Shown: one piece after another, positions 43,782-54,257 of the stretch
Layout: the number at the start of each line of letters is the position of its first letter
Position numbering within the stretch: position 1 is the stretch's first letter
DNA from: an uncultured Planctomycetaceae bacterium
GTDB taxonomy: Bacteria; Planctomycetota; Planctomycetia; Pirellulales; PALSA-1355
Direction: 5' to 3'
DNA: 64,000 bases
Assembly: GCA_963785305.1 (NCBI GenBank)
Contig: CAWAUV010000007.1
Span: 1,504,001 to 1,568,000 of the forward strand
Program-made: the position numbers and the translations under genes
The notes under the pieces: model-generated
Database searches by the model: none
Told to the model about the DNA's origin: nothing
The model's input: the letters and a program-made list of their open reading frames with translations, nothing else

Positions 43782-44086
43782 GAAAAGTTCTCCTTTCGGG
43801 GAACGATGTCTTTGTGATTTTCGAAGGCACGAATCGAGCGACATTGTGGCCCATCGTCCGAGCGAGCCGGACCGGAAGGCGCGGCGCAGTTCATTGCGCG
43901 GCGACTAAGGGCTCGCTCGCGAGGCGGGTTCTCGGGACGCCGAGGCGCGAACGCTTCAAGGCGCGAGGACCAATGCGCGATTGGCACAACAGTGAAACAC
44001 GTCAGCGCGCGGCGTCGATTGCGCGGAGTCCGCGCGCCGATTACTCCAAACCCTCGGCGACTCCGCGGTCGAGAAGGGGCCGATGA

Positions 44087-44756
44087 TCAGCCCAAGGGAG
44101 GCGGAGTCGGAGGCGCCGATCCATGAGAAGGGGCCGCGACCGAGCAATGCTCGAACCACGCGACGACAAGCCAATCAAATCGATAGCGCGCCACGGCCGG
44201 CGGACCCGTGGCCGCGCCTAGCATGCTCCACAGCGGCGGCAGTCCATGGCAATGACGATATTGCGTTGTCAGCACATAGCCATCCGAATCATCAGGCTTG
44301 ATCGGCGCGGCGTCGACGCCGGGCGCCGGAGCGACCGCGCCGGCGGCAGGCTGCGCGGGCGCCGAAGGAATCCGAGCATGCTCGCAAGAAGCAAGAACTC
44401 TTTTTGCCTCGCAACAGCTCGCATGCGCTGCGCTCGCAACCATGTTCCTTCCCGCTCGTGAGCACATCGGCATGTTCGTGCGCGTGTTCATGATCCGACT
44501 CGACCGCGGCCAACGGAAAGTCGGGCGGCGCGACTCCATGTTCGCGTGCCCAAGCCAGCTTTTCCTGGTTCGAGTAGCAGCAGCAATCGCGCCAACAATG
44601 ATCCGCGTCGCGACAGCCGCACGCGTGGCTCATGCACGGAAAAGCGATCCCGGTCGATTTCGCCACCGGCGCCGGGAGCGGCACGCCGACCACCGCCACG
44701 ACAAAACCCACCAGCGAGATGCCGACCACCACCGGGCGAAAATATCGCGGCGCCAT
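44087..44756 (-). CDS. Cys/His-rich membrane-anchored protein with C-terminal PPTPPP (frameshift near 44450)
   Basis: TM helix, FPCMSHACGCRDADHCWRDCCC, DHEHAHEH, SCCE, RHCHG; ends GSAPPTPPPLG. Confidence 0.75.
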
Positions 44757-44997
44757 GCGTCGGATTTCGCGAAATGTCGGCAACTGCATAAGAAACGCCA
44801 CCAAGCGAGAAGCTGCGGCGAAGCCAAGGGGGGCGGAAAATCGTGGCGGATGTGGACACGAATATAATCCCCGCGTTTTCGAACGTCAAATCTCCGACAC
44901 TCGCCGCGAGCCACTGGAAATCTGCTTTTGATCGCTTTTTAACCCCCGATGCCCGAACCCCTTGCTTTTTTACCCGGCTTGGATTCCGATGCGTGGC

Positions 44998-47070
44998 ATG
45001 GCGAGAGACATTACCCACATCCGAAATATCGGCATCATTGCCCATATCGACGCCGGCAAGACCACCGTCACCGAACGGATGCTCTTCTACAGCGGCGCCA
45101 CGCATCGCATGGGCGATGTCGACAAAGGCACCACCGTCACCGATTTCGATCCCGAGGAACAGCAACGCGGAATCACGATTCGCGCCGCCGCCGTCACCTT
45201 TCGCTGGAACGATTGCGTCGTGAACCTGATCGACACCCCGGGCCATGTCGACTTCACGGCCGAAGTCGAGCGAAGCTTGCGCGTGCTCGATGGTGGAGTG
45301 GTCGTGTTCAGCGCCCGCGAGGGTGTCGAGGCCCAAAGCGAAACCGTGTGGCGCCAGGCCGATAAATATGGCGTGCCGCGGGTGGCGTTCATCAACAAGA
45401 TGGATCGCGAGGGCGCCGATTTCCACGGCTGCTTTCAAGAAATTCGCGACCGACTCGAAGCCCAGCCGGTGGCGGTGCAGTTGCCGGTGGGCAAGGGACC
45501 GCCGCACGTGCCCGGCGCTTTCAGCGGCGTGATCGATTTGATTACCAACGAATACCTCACCTTCAGCCGCGAAAACAGCGGCCTCGAGGTCACCCGCCAA
45601 GCGGTGCCCGACGAGATGCGCGACGAAGCCGATTTGTATCGCGAGGAGATGCTCGAAAAGCTATTCGAATACAGCAACGAGCTCGCCGAAATGGTGCTGG
45701 CCGAGACACCCGTGCCGCCGGAGCTCATTCGCCGGGTGATTCGCGACGCGACGCTGCATCGCTTTATCGTGCCGGTGCTTTGCGGCTCGGCGCTCGATCA
45801 TGTGGGCGTGCAGCCGCTGCTCGACGCGGTGACGCTCTATTTACCCAGCCCGGCCGATAAGCCCCCGGTCGTGGGCGTGAATCCCAAAAAGAAAGATGTC
45901 AAGCTCGCGCGCAAGCCCGATATCTCGGAGCCCTTCTGCGGTCTCGTGTTCAAGATCGACGCCGACAAGCATGGCGACTTGCATTATGTGCGCGTCTATT
46001 CCGGCGAGCTCAAGGCCGGCTCCCGGGTCTACAACGCGGCGCGCGACAAGAAGGAAAACGTGCCGCAGCTTTGGCATATTCAAGCCGACCGGCGCGAACA
46101 GATACCGAGCGTGGCGGCGGGCGATATCGTGGGCGTGATCGGCTTGCGGCACTCGATCACCGGCGACACGATCTGCGAGACCCAGAATCCGATCGTGCTC
46201 GAGTCGATCGTGTTTCCCGAAACCGTGATCTCGATGGCGATCGAGCCCGAGAGCTCGACCGAGCGCAAAAAGCTCTCGGAAACGCTCGAAATGATGAAGC
46301 GGCAAGACCCCACCTTCCGCGCCCGCGAAAACGAGGAGACCGGGCAAACGCTCATCAGCGGCATGGGCGAATTGCACCTCGAGGTCATCAAGCATCGCTT
46401 GCTGCGCGACTTCAATCTCAATGTGCGTGTTCACAAGCCGCGCGTCAGCTATCGCGAAACGGTCGAACGCGCCGCCGAAGTCGTCGGCGAGTGCCATCGG
46501 CAGCAGGGCGGCCAGTCGCTCTTCGCCAAAGTCAAGATTCGCATCGAGCCGGTCGACACCGCGGCGGCCGGCGTCACGCTCTTGAGCCTCGCCGGCGACT
46601 CGCTGCCCGGCGATTACCTGGAAGTGGTGCATGACACGCTCAAGGAGCAGGCCGAGGGCGGCGGCTCGCTCGGTTTTCCGCTCATGAAAGTCAAGCTCAC
46701 GATTCTCGGCGGCGAGACCCACGACACCGAATCAAACGATATCGCTTTCCGCTATGCCGCCGCCGACGCCTTCAATAAGGTCCTGCGCGAAGCCGGCTCG
46801 GTGCTGCTCGAACCGATCATGAAGCTCGAAATTACCGTGCCCGAGGAACATCTGGGCGACTTTATCAGCGACTTGCGGCAGCGACGGGCGGTCATCACGC
46901 ACACCCAAGTCCGCGGACGCAACACGGTGATCGAAGCCGAAGCGCCGCTGGCGAACCTGTTTGGCTATTCGAGCGCCATGCGCGGCCTGAGCCAAGGCCG
47001 GGCGACTTGTTCCATGGCGCCATTGTCCTATGGCCCCGCCCCGGAGGAAGTGCGGCAAACTTTCTTATAA
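44998..47070 (+). CDS. fusA: Elongation factor G (stand-alone paralog)
   Basis: IRNIGIIAHIDAGKTT, RGITI, DTPGHVDF, NKMD, SGMGELHLE, LLEPIM; no rpsL/rpsG/tuf nearby. Confidence 0.95.
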   Translation: MARDITHIRNIGIIAHIDAGKTTVTERMLFYSGATHRMGDVDKGTTVTDFDPEEQQRGITIRAAAVTFRWNDCVVNLIDTPGHVDFTAEVERSLRVLDGGVVVFSAREGVEAQSETVWRQADKYGVPRVAFINKMDREGADFHGCFQEIRDRLEAQPVAVQLPVGKGPPHVPGAFSGVIDLITNEYLTFSRENSGLEVTRQAVPDEMRDEADLYREEMLEKLFEYSNELAEMVLAETPVPPELIRRVIRDATLHRFIVPVLCGSALDHVGVQPLLDAVTLYLPSPADKPPVVGVNPKKKDVKLARKPDISEPFCGLVFKIDADKHGDLHYVRVYSGELKAGSRVYNAARDKKENVPQLWHIQADRREQIPSVAAGDIVGVIGLRHSITGDTICETQNPIVLESIVFPETVISMAIEPESSTERKKLSETLEMMKRQDPTFRARENEETGQTLISGMGELHLEVIKHRLLRDFNLNVRVHKPRVSYRETVERAAEVVGECHRQQGGQSLFAKVKIRIEPVDTAAAGVTLLSLAGDSLPGDYLEVVHDTLKEQAEGGGSLGFPLMKVKLTILGGETHDTESNDIAFRYAAADAFNKVLREAGSVLLEPIMKLEITVPEEHLGDFISDLRQRRAVITHTQVRGRNTVIEAEAPLANLFGYSSAMRGLSQGRATCSMAPLSYGPAPEEVRQTFL

Positions 47071-47094
47071 CCGCGCTCGGATCGCCGCGGTCAA

Positions 47095-47121
47095 CAGCCT
47101 GTTGAAATATTGAACAGACTG
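47095..47121. repeat. 27-bp palindromic element (copy 2, two mismatches)
   Basis: TCAA-CAGCCTGTTGAAATATTGAACAGACTG-CTAA between convergent genes. Confidence 0.8.
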
Positions 47122-48561
47122 CTAATGGCTGAACAGCAGGCCGGGATCGTTGGGCGATTGCTCGGCGAGGCGCAGCCGCAACTGGTTCTTCGGCTCCAGA
47201 GTCATCGCGCAGGCCAGATTCTTCGAATCCGAGCCATAGAGGATCAGCAGCCTGCCCGAAATCGAATAATCGCCGCGGAGCGTGGTCATCGCGCTGTCGG
47301 CCCGGCCAAAGCTCCAGGCAAATTTTTTGTCTTGGTTCAGTTCGAGTGAATACTTCACGCCATCGGGCGAAGTCGCCGTCCAGTGGCCGACAATCGCCTC
47401 GACCGCGATCGGTTTCGCGGGCCGCGCGGTATCGCCATTCGCCCCTTTACCTGGCCGACCGGCGGGCGCCGCGTCGCCGGGCGCGACTTCCGAAGGGTTC
47501 GTCATCGCCCGATAAAGCTGGATCGCCACCACATTGTTCGGTTGCAGGCGCCCGACTTCGCGAAACTCCTCCTCGGCGGCGCCATCGAATCCTTGCACCA
47601 GGTAATGATAAGCGAGCAGAAATCGCGCGTCGGCGGCGTCGGGATGTGCGCGGCTATGGGTTTCCAAGGCGCGAAGCTGACGCGTGTAGTCGTTTGCATT
47701 GGCATACAGATTCGCCAGCGTGGTCCAGTCCCAGCCGGGCCCGTCGGCGAGCACACTATAGATTCCGGCGGCCGCCTGGCGATAGTTGCCCAGCGCGAAC
47801 TCCGCGAGCGCGCGGAATTGATGCAATACCGGATCGCCCGGCTGTCGCATGAGATCGCGATCCGTGAGTTTCAAGGCGGCCGCATAATCGCCGCGTTTGA
47901 AGGCGTCGTGCGCCTGGTCCAATACAACCATCGACGGCGCTTGCGAGCCAATCGGCGGTTCGGCCGTCTCGGCCACGATCACCGGCGGCGGCGTTTGGGC
48001 GGCGGCCAGCGGGCGCGAATAATCGTACTCGCCCCAGGCCGGCGAGGTCGATGTGAAAAACGGATTGGCATAGCCCCAGTAGCCATAGGCCCAAGGCGAC
48101 TGAGTGGCGATCGCCGCCGCGACCAAGGCGCCCTCACCCGCGGCGGCGCCTTGAATTCCGCCGCCCGAGAGCGGATCACCCACTCCGGCCGTCTCGGCCC
48201 CGAAGGCATTGCCGGCAAAAGCCCAACTGGCCGGATACTCGCTCCAGGCGGGCGAGGCGTTGCCCCGCCAAGCGCCGTGGTACCAGGCCGGAGCTTCGCG
48301 CTTCGGCAGCGCGGTTCGCCGGCGCGGCGCTGGCGTTTGATCTCGGCCAGCACTGCCCGACGAGTCGCTCAGCGAATGCGAGGGCGCCGTTCGCAGGTCG
48401 TCCGCCGAGGTCCGGCCGCCGCCGCGACCTTGGGCATAAGCCGGTCGGTTCTGGCTGACTTCAGCGCCGAGCAGCACGATCGCAAATCCTAGAACAGCGC
48501 GAATGCAAATCGAGTGATCCACGAACGAGAGCCTCCCCAAGATTTCAATGCGCGGGCCCAT
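47122..48561 (-). CDS. Secreted TPR-repeat protein of planctomycete type
   Basis: Signal-like segment, W/Y/G-rich region, AHDAFKRGDYAAAL, HQFRALAEFALGNY, ARFLLAYHYL. Start uncertain. Confidence 0.8.
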   Translation of the reverse strand: MGPRIEILGRLSFVDHSICIRAVLGFAIVLLGAEVSQNRPAYAQGRGGGRTSADDLRTAPSHSLSDSSGSAGRDQTPAPRRRTALPKREAPAWYHGAWRGNASPAWSEYPASWAFAGNAFGAETAGVGDPLSGGGIQGAAAGEGALVAAAIATQSPWAYGYWGYANPFFTSTSPAWGEYDYSRPLAAAQTPPPVIVAETAEPPIGSQAPSMVVLDQAHDAFKRGDYAAALKLTDRDLMRQPGDPVLHQFRALAEFALGNYRQAAAGIYSVLADGPGWDWTTLANLYANANDYTRQLRALETHSRAHPDAADARFLLAYHYLVQGFDGAAEEEFREVGRLQPNNVVAIQLYRAMTNPSEVAPGDAAPAGRPGKGANGDTARPAKPIAVEAIVGHWTATSPDGVKYSLELNQDKKFAWSFGRADSAMTTLRGDYSISGRLLILYGSDSKNLACAMTLEPKNQLRLRLAEQSPNDPGLLFSH

Positions 48562-48786
48562 GATTCCCGCGGCGCGGGCATTGCAAGGCGCCAGCGCGAA
48601 AAAGCGGCCGAGACACGCCCACGGTGAATCGTGTCGGACCATGTTGATTGTAGGCTCGACAAACAGGGGCGCAAACTCGATCGGGCCGCAAAAAATAAGA
48701 TGCGCGTCACTAACTCCAATGTCCCCGCGGGTTGCCGTGCTCCCCGGTTCTGGCCGAATGTGGGGAAACCGCGAATCAGCGCCCCC

Positions 48787-48802
48787 AGGCATGGCTTTTG
48801 CC
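48787..48802 (+). promoter_or_regulatory. Putative sigma54 -24/-12 promoter
   Basis: AGGCATGGCTTTTGCC (GG-N10-GC) about 70 nt upstream of the DUF4142 gene. Confidence 0.5.
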
Positions 48803-48870
48803 TCTGGCTGCCATCCTGCCTGGCTCGCACGCCAGGAACAAACTTCCGCCTTTTTTGAGGAGTCGTTGCA

Positions 48871-49685
48871 ATGTTGAAGACAATTGGAAAGAAAATCGCG
48901 TTTGCAGGAATTCTGAGTAGCATGGCCGCTTTGGGCGGAATCGCCACGGCCGCAGGGCCGATCGAATCCAACGAAACGCAAAACCAGCGCGGTTTGAAGA
49001 ACACGCTGACCGGCGCCGAAGAGCGTCCGCAGTACAACGGCGGCCAAAATCAAAACGCCGCCGGCCGGCAGAATTCCGTCGCGCGCAGCGCGTGATCGCG
49101 AACAAGCCGGTAACGGAAAACACGATGCGCCCCGCCGATCACGAAATCGCCCAGTGGTTGATGGTGTGTAACAACGAAGAAGTTCAACTCTCCAAATTGG
49201 CCGAGCAGCACGCCGATAACCAGAAAGTGAAAGATTTCGCCCGGCAAATGCAAACCGAACACACGAAGGCTTGGCAGCAGCTTGAGCAAGTCGCCCAGCG
49301 AACCACGCCCCAGCACTTGGCCGGTCGGCAAGAAACGGGCACGACCGTGCAAGCCGCGGGAAGCGCCGTGAACACGCGGGGCAACGCGGTTGCTCAAAAC
49401 GAGCAGCGCGAAGGTGGACTGAACTACCTTGAAATCCACAAACAGGTCGCGGCCCAGTGCATCGCCTCGGCCACTCGCGACATGGGCGCGAAGAAGGGCG
49501 CCGATTTCGACAAGGCCTACATCGGCTCGCAAATCGGGGCGCATTATCGCTTGATCGACACGAATCGCGTGCTGCGTGAGTATGCCTCGCCCGAGCTGCG
49601 CAAGTCGATCGACGAAGAAACCCAAACGGCCGAACATCACCTGGCCGAAGCTCAAAGCATCATGAAGAGCCTCGAGCAAAAATAG
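48871..49685 (+). CDS. Secreted DUF4142 (ferritin-like) protein (frameshift near 49092)
   Basis: Signal peptide in ORF 48871..49095; EEVQLSKLA, VKDFARQMQTEH and FDKAYIGSQIGAH in ORF 49092..49685. Confidence 0.85.
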
Positions 49686-49905
49686 CCCGAGCGAAATAAC
49701 GCGAGCGGAAACACCTCCCAAAGGGGTATTTCCGGTCCGACGCGCGACGCCAACGGGCGGGTGGCGTTCGACGCTTGGGAAAAAAACAGGCGGGGATTCG
49801 AGGCCGCCAGTGTCCACCGAGACACTGGCGGCCGCTCGCCATGGTACCCTGACATTAAGCCTTCGCCAGATTTCTTGGCGACTGACCTCGATTTCTGTAA
49901 TAATC

Positions 49906-49921
49906 GGGCACGCATCTTGCA
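49906..49921 (+). promoter_or_regulatory. Putative sigma54 -24/-12 promoter
   Basis: GGGCACGCATCTTGCA, one mismatch from TGGCACG-N4-TTGCW, about 95 nt upstream of ATG 50017. Confidence 0.6.
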
Positions 49922-50016
49922 CTGTTGAGCAACAGATGAATTCGTGTCGACAATGCCTGCCCGCGGGGCGCCGCGGGGGCCTCGCTCTTCGGCCATTTCT
50001 CTCGGAGGAAACTCAA

Positions 50017-50385
50017 ATGCTATCGCAAAACGCAAGCTGCTCCGCCTGTGCCCATCTCGAACAAAATGTCGGCGAAACGGAACGCATGCTCAGCGTATCG
50101 GCCGGCACGGCGCTCGCCCTCTGGGGCCTCAAAAACATGTTCAGCCGCCATGGACTTGTCTCGCTCGGCTTGGGCGGCATGCTCCTGTTTCGCGGCGCCA
50201 CCGGCCACTGTGCCCTTTATAAAGCAATCGATCTTCGCTCGAACGACGATCGATCCGGCGCGGATCGCAGTGATTCGGGCGGGAGCGAAATCGACGAAGT
50301 AGAGGAAGACAGTCGCGACTCGTTTCCCGCAAGCGACCCGCCAAGCTGGACCGGCGCCACCACCTCGCGCATGCCCCCCCGGTAA
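50017..50385 (+). CDS. DUF2892 (YgaP-like) membrane protein with SFPASDPP tail
   Basis: NVGETERMLS, LLFRGATGHCALY, DEVEEDSRDSFPASDPPSWT; GGAGG RBS. Confidence 0.85.
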   Translation: MLSQNASCSACAHLEQNVGETERMLSVSAGTALALWGLKNMFSRHGLVSLGLGGMLLFRGATGHCALYKAIDLRSNDDRSGADRSDSGGSEIDEVEEDSRDSFPASDPPSWTGATTSRMPPR

Positions 50386-50492
50386 AACTTCATAGTCTTC
50401 GCGGGCGACAAGAGCGCTCGCGAGGCCGCGGGCATGCGCAATTAAAACGCGCCCGACTCACCATTGACGGTTCATCGGCGAACGGAGAAAGG

Positions 50493-52582
50493 ATGGCTGG
50501 CGCAGTGGAAACGCGAGTCGTAAATCGCCTCACTTGGAACATCGAGGCGGCGAAGAATCCGGCGGTGCTTGTCGAGCGAGAATGGATCGTGACGAATGCC
50601 CTGGGCGGATATGCCGCCGGCACGGTCGCGGGAATATGCACCCGGCGCTACCACGGCCTGCTGATCGCCGCGCTGGCGGCCCCGCTCGGCCGCACCATGA
50701 TGTTCAACCAACTGGGCGAGGTGGCCGTGCTCTCGAGCGGTCGCCGCGTGGCGTTTGGCGCCGAGGCGCAGTTCGCCCAGCCGCGGCGATCACTTGAGCG
50801 AGTTTGCCCTGCGCATGGGCTTGCCGATCTGGCGATTCGAAATCGATGGCTTCGATCTCGAAAAACGCGTGCTCATGCCGCATGGCCAGAATACGGTTTG
50901 CATCAGCTATCGCTGCATCGCGGGCGCGGGCTCGATCAGCCTCCGATTGCGGCCCGCCTTTCAATTTCGTGGCCACGACGCCGTCGTGAGCACCGCCACT
51001 TCCAGGCCATTACCCGATCTTGGCCCTCGGAAGCCGCATCGAGATTCAACCGCCCGCGCTCCCGGCGCTGCGCATGCGGCTGCGAGCCGATCGCGACGCG
51101 GCCTTGGTCTTCGAGGGCGGCCGATCGGTCGCGGCGCACTATCCGCTCGAAGCCGAACGCGGCTACGACTCGCGCGGCGAGCTTTGGAGCCCGGGCTACT
51201 TCAACGCCACGCTCGCGCCCGGCGAAGAAGCGACACTCGTCGCCTCGACCGAACCCTGGGAAGTGCTCGACGCGCTTTCACCGGCCGACGCGCTCCAGGC
51301 CGAGCTCGAGCGGCGCTCCCGGCTGCTGACAGCCGCCGGGTCGGTCGCGGCTTCGGCGGCTGGAGCCGAGCTTGTGTTGGCCTCCGATCAATTTATCATT
51401 CGCCCCACGACGCGCGTGGCCGACGAAGCCCGCGCCGTGGCCGCCGGCGAGGAGATTCGCACGATCATTGCCGGCTACTACTGGTTTGGCGATTGGGGCC
51501 GCGACACGATGATCAGCCTCGAAGGGCTCACCCTGGTCGCAGGCCGGCATCGCGAAGCCGGTTGGATCTTGCGCACATTCGCCAACTATGTGCGCGATGG
51601 GCTGATCCCCAACCTCTTTCCCGAAGGCGCGACCGGCGGCCTCTATCACACGGCCGACGCCACGCTCTGGTTCTTTCATGCCGTGGCCCGCTATCTGGAA
51701 TACACCGGCGATCGCGCACTCTTGCGAACCATTTTTCCCAAGCTGGGCGAGATCATCGAGCGCCATATCGCCGGCACGCGATTCGGCATCGGGGTCGATC
51801 CCGAGGATGGCCTTCTGCGCCAGGGCGAAGCCGGTTATCAACTCACTTGGATGGACGCCAAGGTCGACGACTGGGTGGTGACGCCGCGCCGCGGCAAAGC
51901 CGTGGAGATCAACGCGCTCTGGCACGACGCCTTGTGCCACTACGAGCGCTGGCTCAGGGAAGAAGAGCCGAGCGACTCGCGCGCCGATGCGATCGCCGCG
52001 CTCGCCGCTCGCGTGCGAGAATCCTTCAACCGCCGCTTTTGGAATCCCAAGACCCAGGGGCTCTTCGACGTGGTCGATGGCGAAACGGGCGAGGACCGCT
52101 CGGGCGACGATCCGAGCATGCGCCCCAATCAGATTTTCGCCATTTCGCTCACGCATCCGGTGCTCGAGCGGCGCTATTGGAAGCCGGTGCTCGATCTCGT
52201 CACCGAGCGACTGCTCACGCCCGCGGGGTTGCGCTCGCTGGCGCCGGGCGAACGCGATTACAAACCTCGCTACGATGGCGACCTCCGATCGCGCGACGCG
52301 GCTTATCATCAAGGCACGGTCTGGGGCTGGTTGATCGGGCCCTATGTCGACGCATGGCTGCGGGTGCATCCGGGCAAGGAGGCGATAGCCCGTCAGTTCC
52401 TCGAGGGCTTCGCCAACCACTTGAGCGAAGCGTGCATCGGATCGATCAGCGAAGTATTCGACGCCGAAGCGCCCTATAGGCCGCGCGGCTGCCCGGCCCA
52501 GGCGTGGAGCGTGGCGGAAGCACTGCGCGCGTGGGCAAAAACCACGAGCTCCCCGACCAACGGACAAACGCCGATCGGCTAG
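50493..52582 (+). CDS. Glycogen debranching enzyme (amylo-alpha-1,6-glucosidase; frameshifts near 50785 and 51010)
   Basis: EWIVTNALGGYA, TRRYHGLL, IAGYYWFGDWGRDTMI, QLTWMDAK, RPNQIFA, YHQGTVW, QAWSVAE. Confidence 0.93.
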
Positions 52583-52623
52583 TGCTCGTTCACGGCTGAA
52601 ATGATGGATAATTCGGTTTGCGC

Positions 52624-52711
52624 GTGTGCCATGCCCACTGCCTTGAGTGGGCATGTTTTCAAGCGCCACGCGAAGTCCTCATGCCCACGCACGGCCGTGG
52701 GCCTGGCACAC
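52624..52711. repeat. REP doublet (REPIN-like) of a second family
   Basis: GTGTGCCATGCCCACTGCCTTGAGTGGGCATG and an inverted copy at 52680-52711 (28/32); each copy is itself a hairpin; lies between convergent genes. Confidence 0.8.
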
Positions 52712-52792
52712 GGGGCACACGGAACGAATCCAATCCGTCATTGCAACCGTGACAAAGCACTAGTTCGCCTCGGCGGGGCTGGCGTCGCCGAT

Positions 52793-54100
52793 TTAGAAGC
52801 GGCGCGAGCCGTCGTCGAGCAGCGTGATCCGCTGGGCGTTGATCACTTGCCGCTGATATTCCGGCGCGAAATTGCGCGGCCCGCTCACGCCGATTCGCCG
52901 ATACATGTACGGCTGCAAATTGACGCCCGGCGCCGGTGAAACGAACTGAATCACGGCGCCGTTGGCGTCGACCAGGGCAAATTGCGGAGCGCCTGTTTTT
53001 TGCGATACCACCGGCGTCAGGCGGCCCGCGCCATCGTAGCGGGGATCGACCGTCGGCGCCGATGGAATCGCCACCGCGGCCGGCGCCGCCGCGAGCGAGC
53101 TGCCAGGCAGGGCGACATTCGAGGCCACGGCGCCCGGCCCCAGCGAGCCCCGATCAAACGCTTCGCGTCGCTGACGAATGTCCTCGAATCGGGCAATCTT
53201 GTCGAGCAGATGTTGGGCGTCGTCGCGATCGGCGTCATTCGTCGCGGAGTCGAGCGCTCTCTGACCGCGCTGCTTCAAATCATCGAATTGCCATTGCGAC
53301 ACATTGAGCACCACCCGCCGCGAAATTTCTTGATTCATTTGTTCGAGTTCACTCGCTCCGCCGCGGCCACTGGCGTCTTTGCCGCTGGTGTCCCTGCCGC
53401 CGGGGCGAGACCAACCGGCGACGGAAGTTCTCGGTCCAGACGTCACCCCGGCGGAATTCGCGATGGATTCGTCGGTCCAGCGGCGCGGCTCCGGCAGCGC
53501 GGCGAACGAACCGCGCTGCCCGCCGCGTCCGGCGGTCGCGGGCCGCGAGCGCTCGATATAACGGCTCGATATCCAACGAAATTCGCCCGCCGGCGGAGCG
53601 ATTTTCACCCAGGCGTCGTCCCGATCGTGGTCGGGCTCTTCCAACACTTCCACCGGCTCATCGTGATCGAGACGCACTTGAATCACATCGCGCATATCGC
53701 CGAGCGAGCTGCCCACGTGGGCCTCGACTTTGTTCTCTCGGGCCACGGCCACGCCTTGGCCGAGCGGCTTGAGCTTGCCGAGGGCCACATAGCAGAAGCT
53801 CCCGCGCGGCGGACGCACGGCGCACCATCCTCCTGGATCGCGACGAAACACCTCGACCTCATCGCCGGTCTGGAGCTTGGCCGTGGGATAATAATCGGTT
53901 CCTGGCCCGCTACGCACATAAACATCTTCGCCCACGACCCGCGCGGTGTATGGCAAGCCATCGCCGGAACTTGGCCCGGCGGCTTGCAAATGCGAGAGTC
54001 CGCCGCAAACGACGACGACGACCATAATCGCCGCGAATAGCGCCGCCGGAGCGCGCGCAACGAGGCGCCGCAAGGCGAAAGAAAGTTCCTTACAGACCAT
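52793..54100 (-). CDS. Secreted SH3-domain protein of planctomycete type
   Basis: Signal peptide, VYVRSGPGTDYY, GWCAVRPP, WVKIAPPAGEFRWI. Confidence 0.8.
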   Translation of the reverse strand: MVCKELSFALRRLVARAPAALFAAIMVVVVVCGGLSHLQAAGPSSGDGLPYTARVVGEDVYVRSGPGTDYYPTAKLQTGDEVEVFRRDPGGWCAVRPPRGSFCYVALGKLKPLGQGVAVARENKVEAHVGSSLGDMRDVIQVRLDHDEPVEVLEEPDHDRDDAWVKIAPPAGEFRWISSRYIERSRPATAGRGGQRGSFAALPEPRRWTDESIANSAGVTSGPRTSVAGWSRPGGRDTSGKDASGRGGASELEQMNQEISRRVVLNVSQWQFDDLKQRGQRALDSATNDADRDDAQHLLDKIARFEDIRQRREAFDRGSLGPGAVASNVALPGSSLAAAPAAVAIPSAPTVDPRYDGAGRLTPVVSQKTGAPQFALVDANGAVIQFVSPAPGVNLQPYMYRRIGVSGPRNFAPEYQRQVINAQRITLLDDGSRRF

Positions 54101-54257
54101 GGCATGGATCTCGCGCGAAGGTGATGAGAGCGCCGACCAACGAACCATCGGGCCAAGAATATGGCAGTCGAATAGCGACAAATGACCGAGACAAGGCCGC
54201 GATTTGTAGCGAGGCACGACAAGCGGAGCAAGAGCAATCAGGCAAATTCGCGCCGGC

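Noticed and set aside
48562..49053. N-terminal extension of the 643-aa TPR ORF
   Set aside because: Overlaps the divergent DUF4142 gene and its promoter; the true start is probably at or downstream of 48561.
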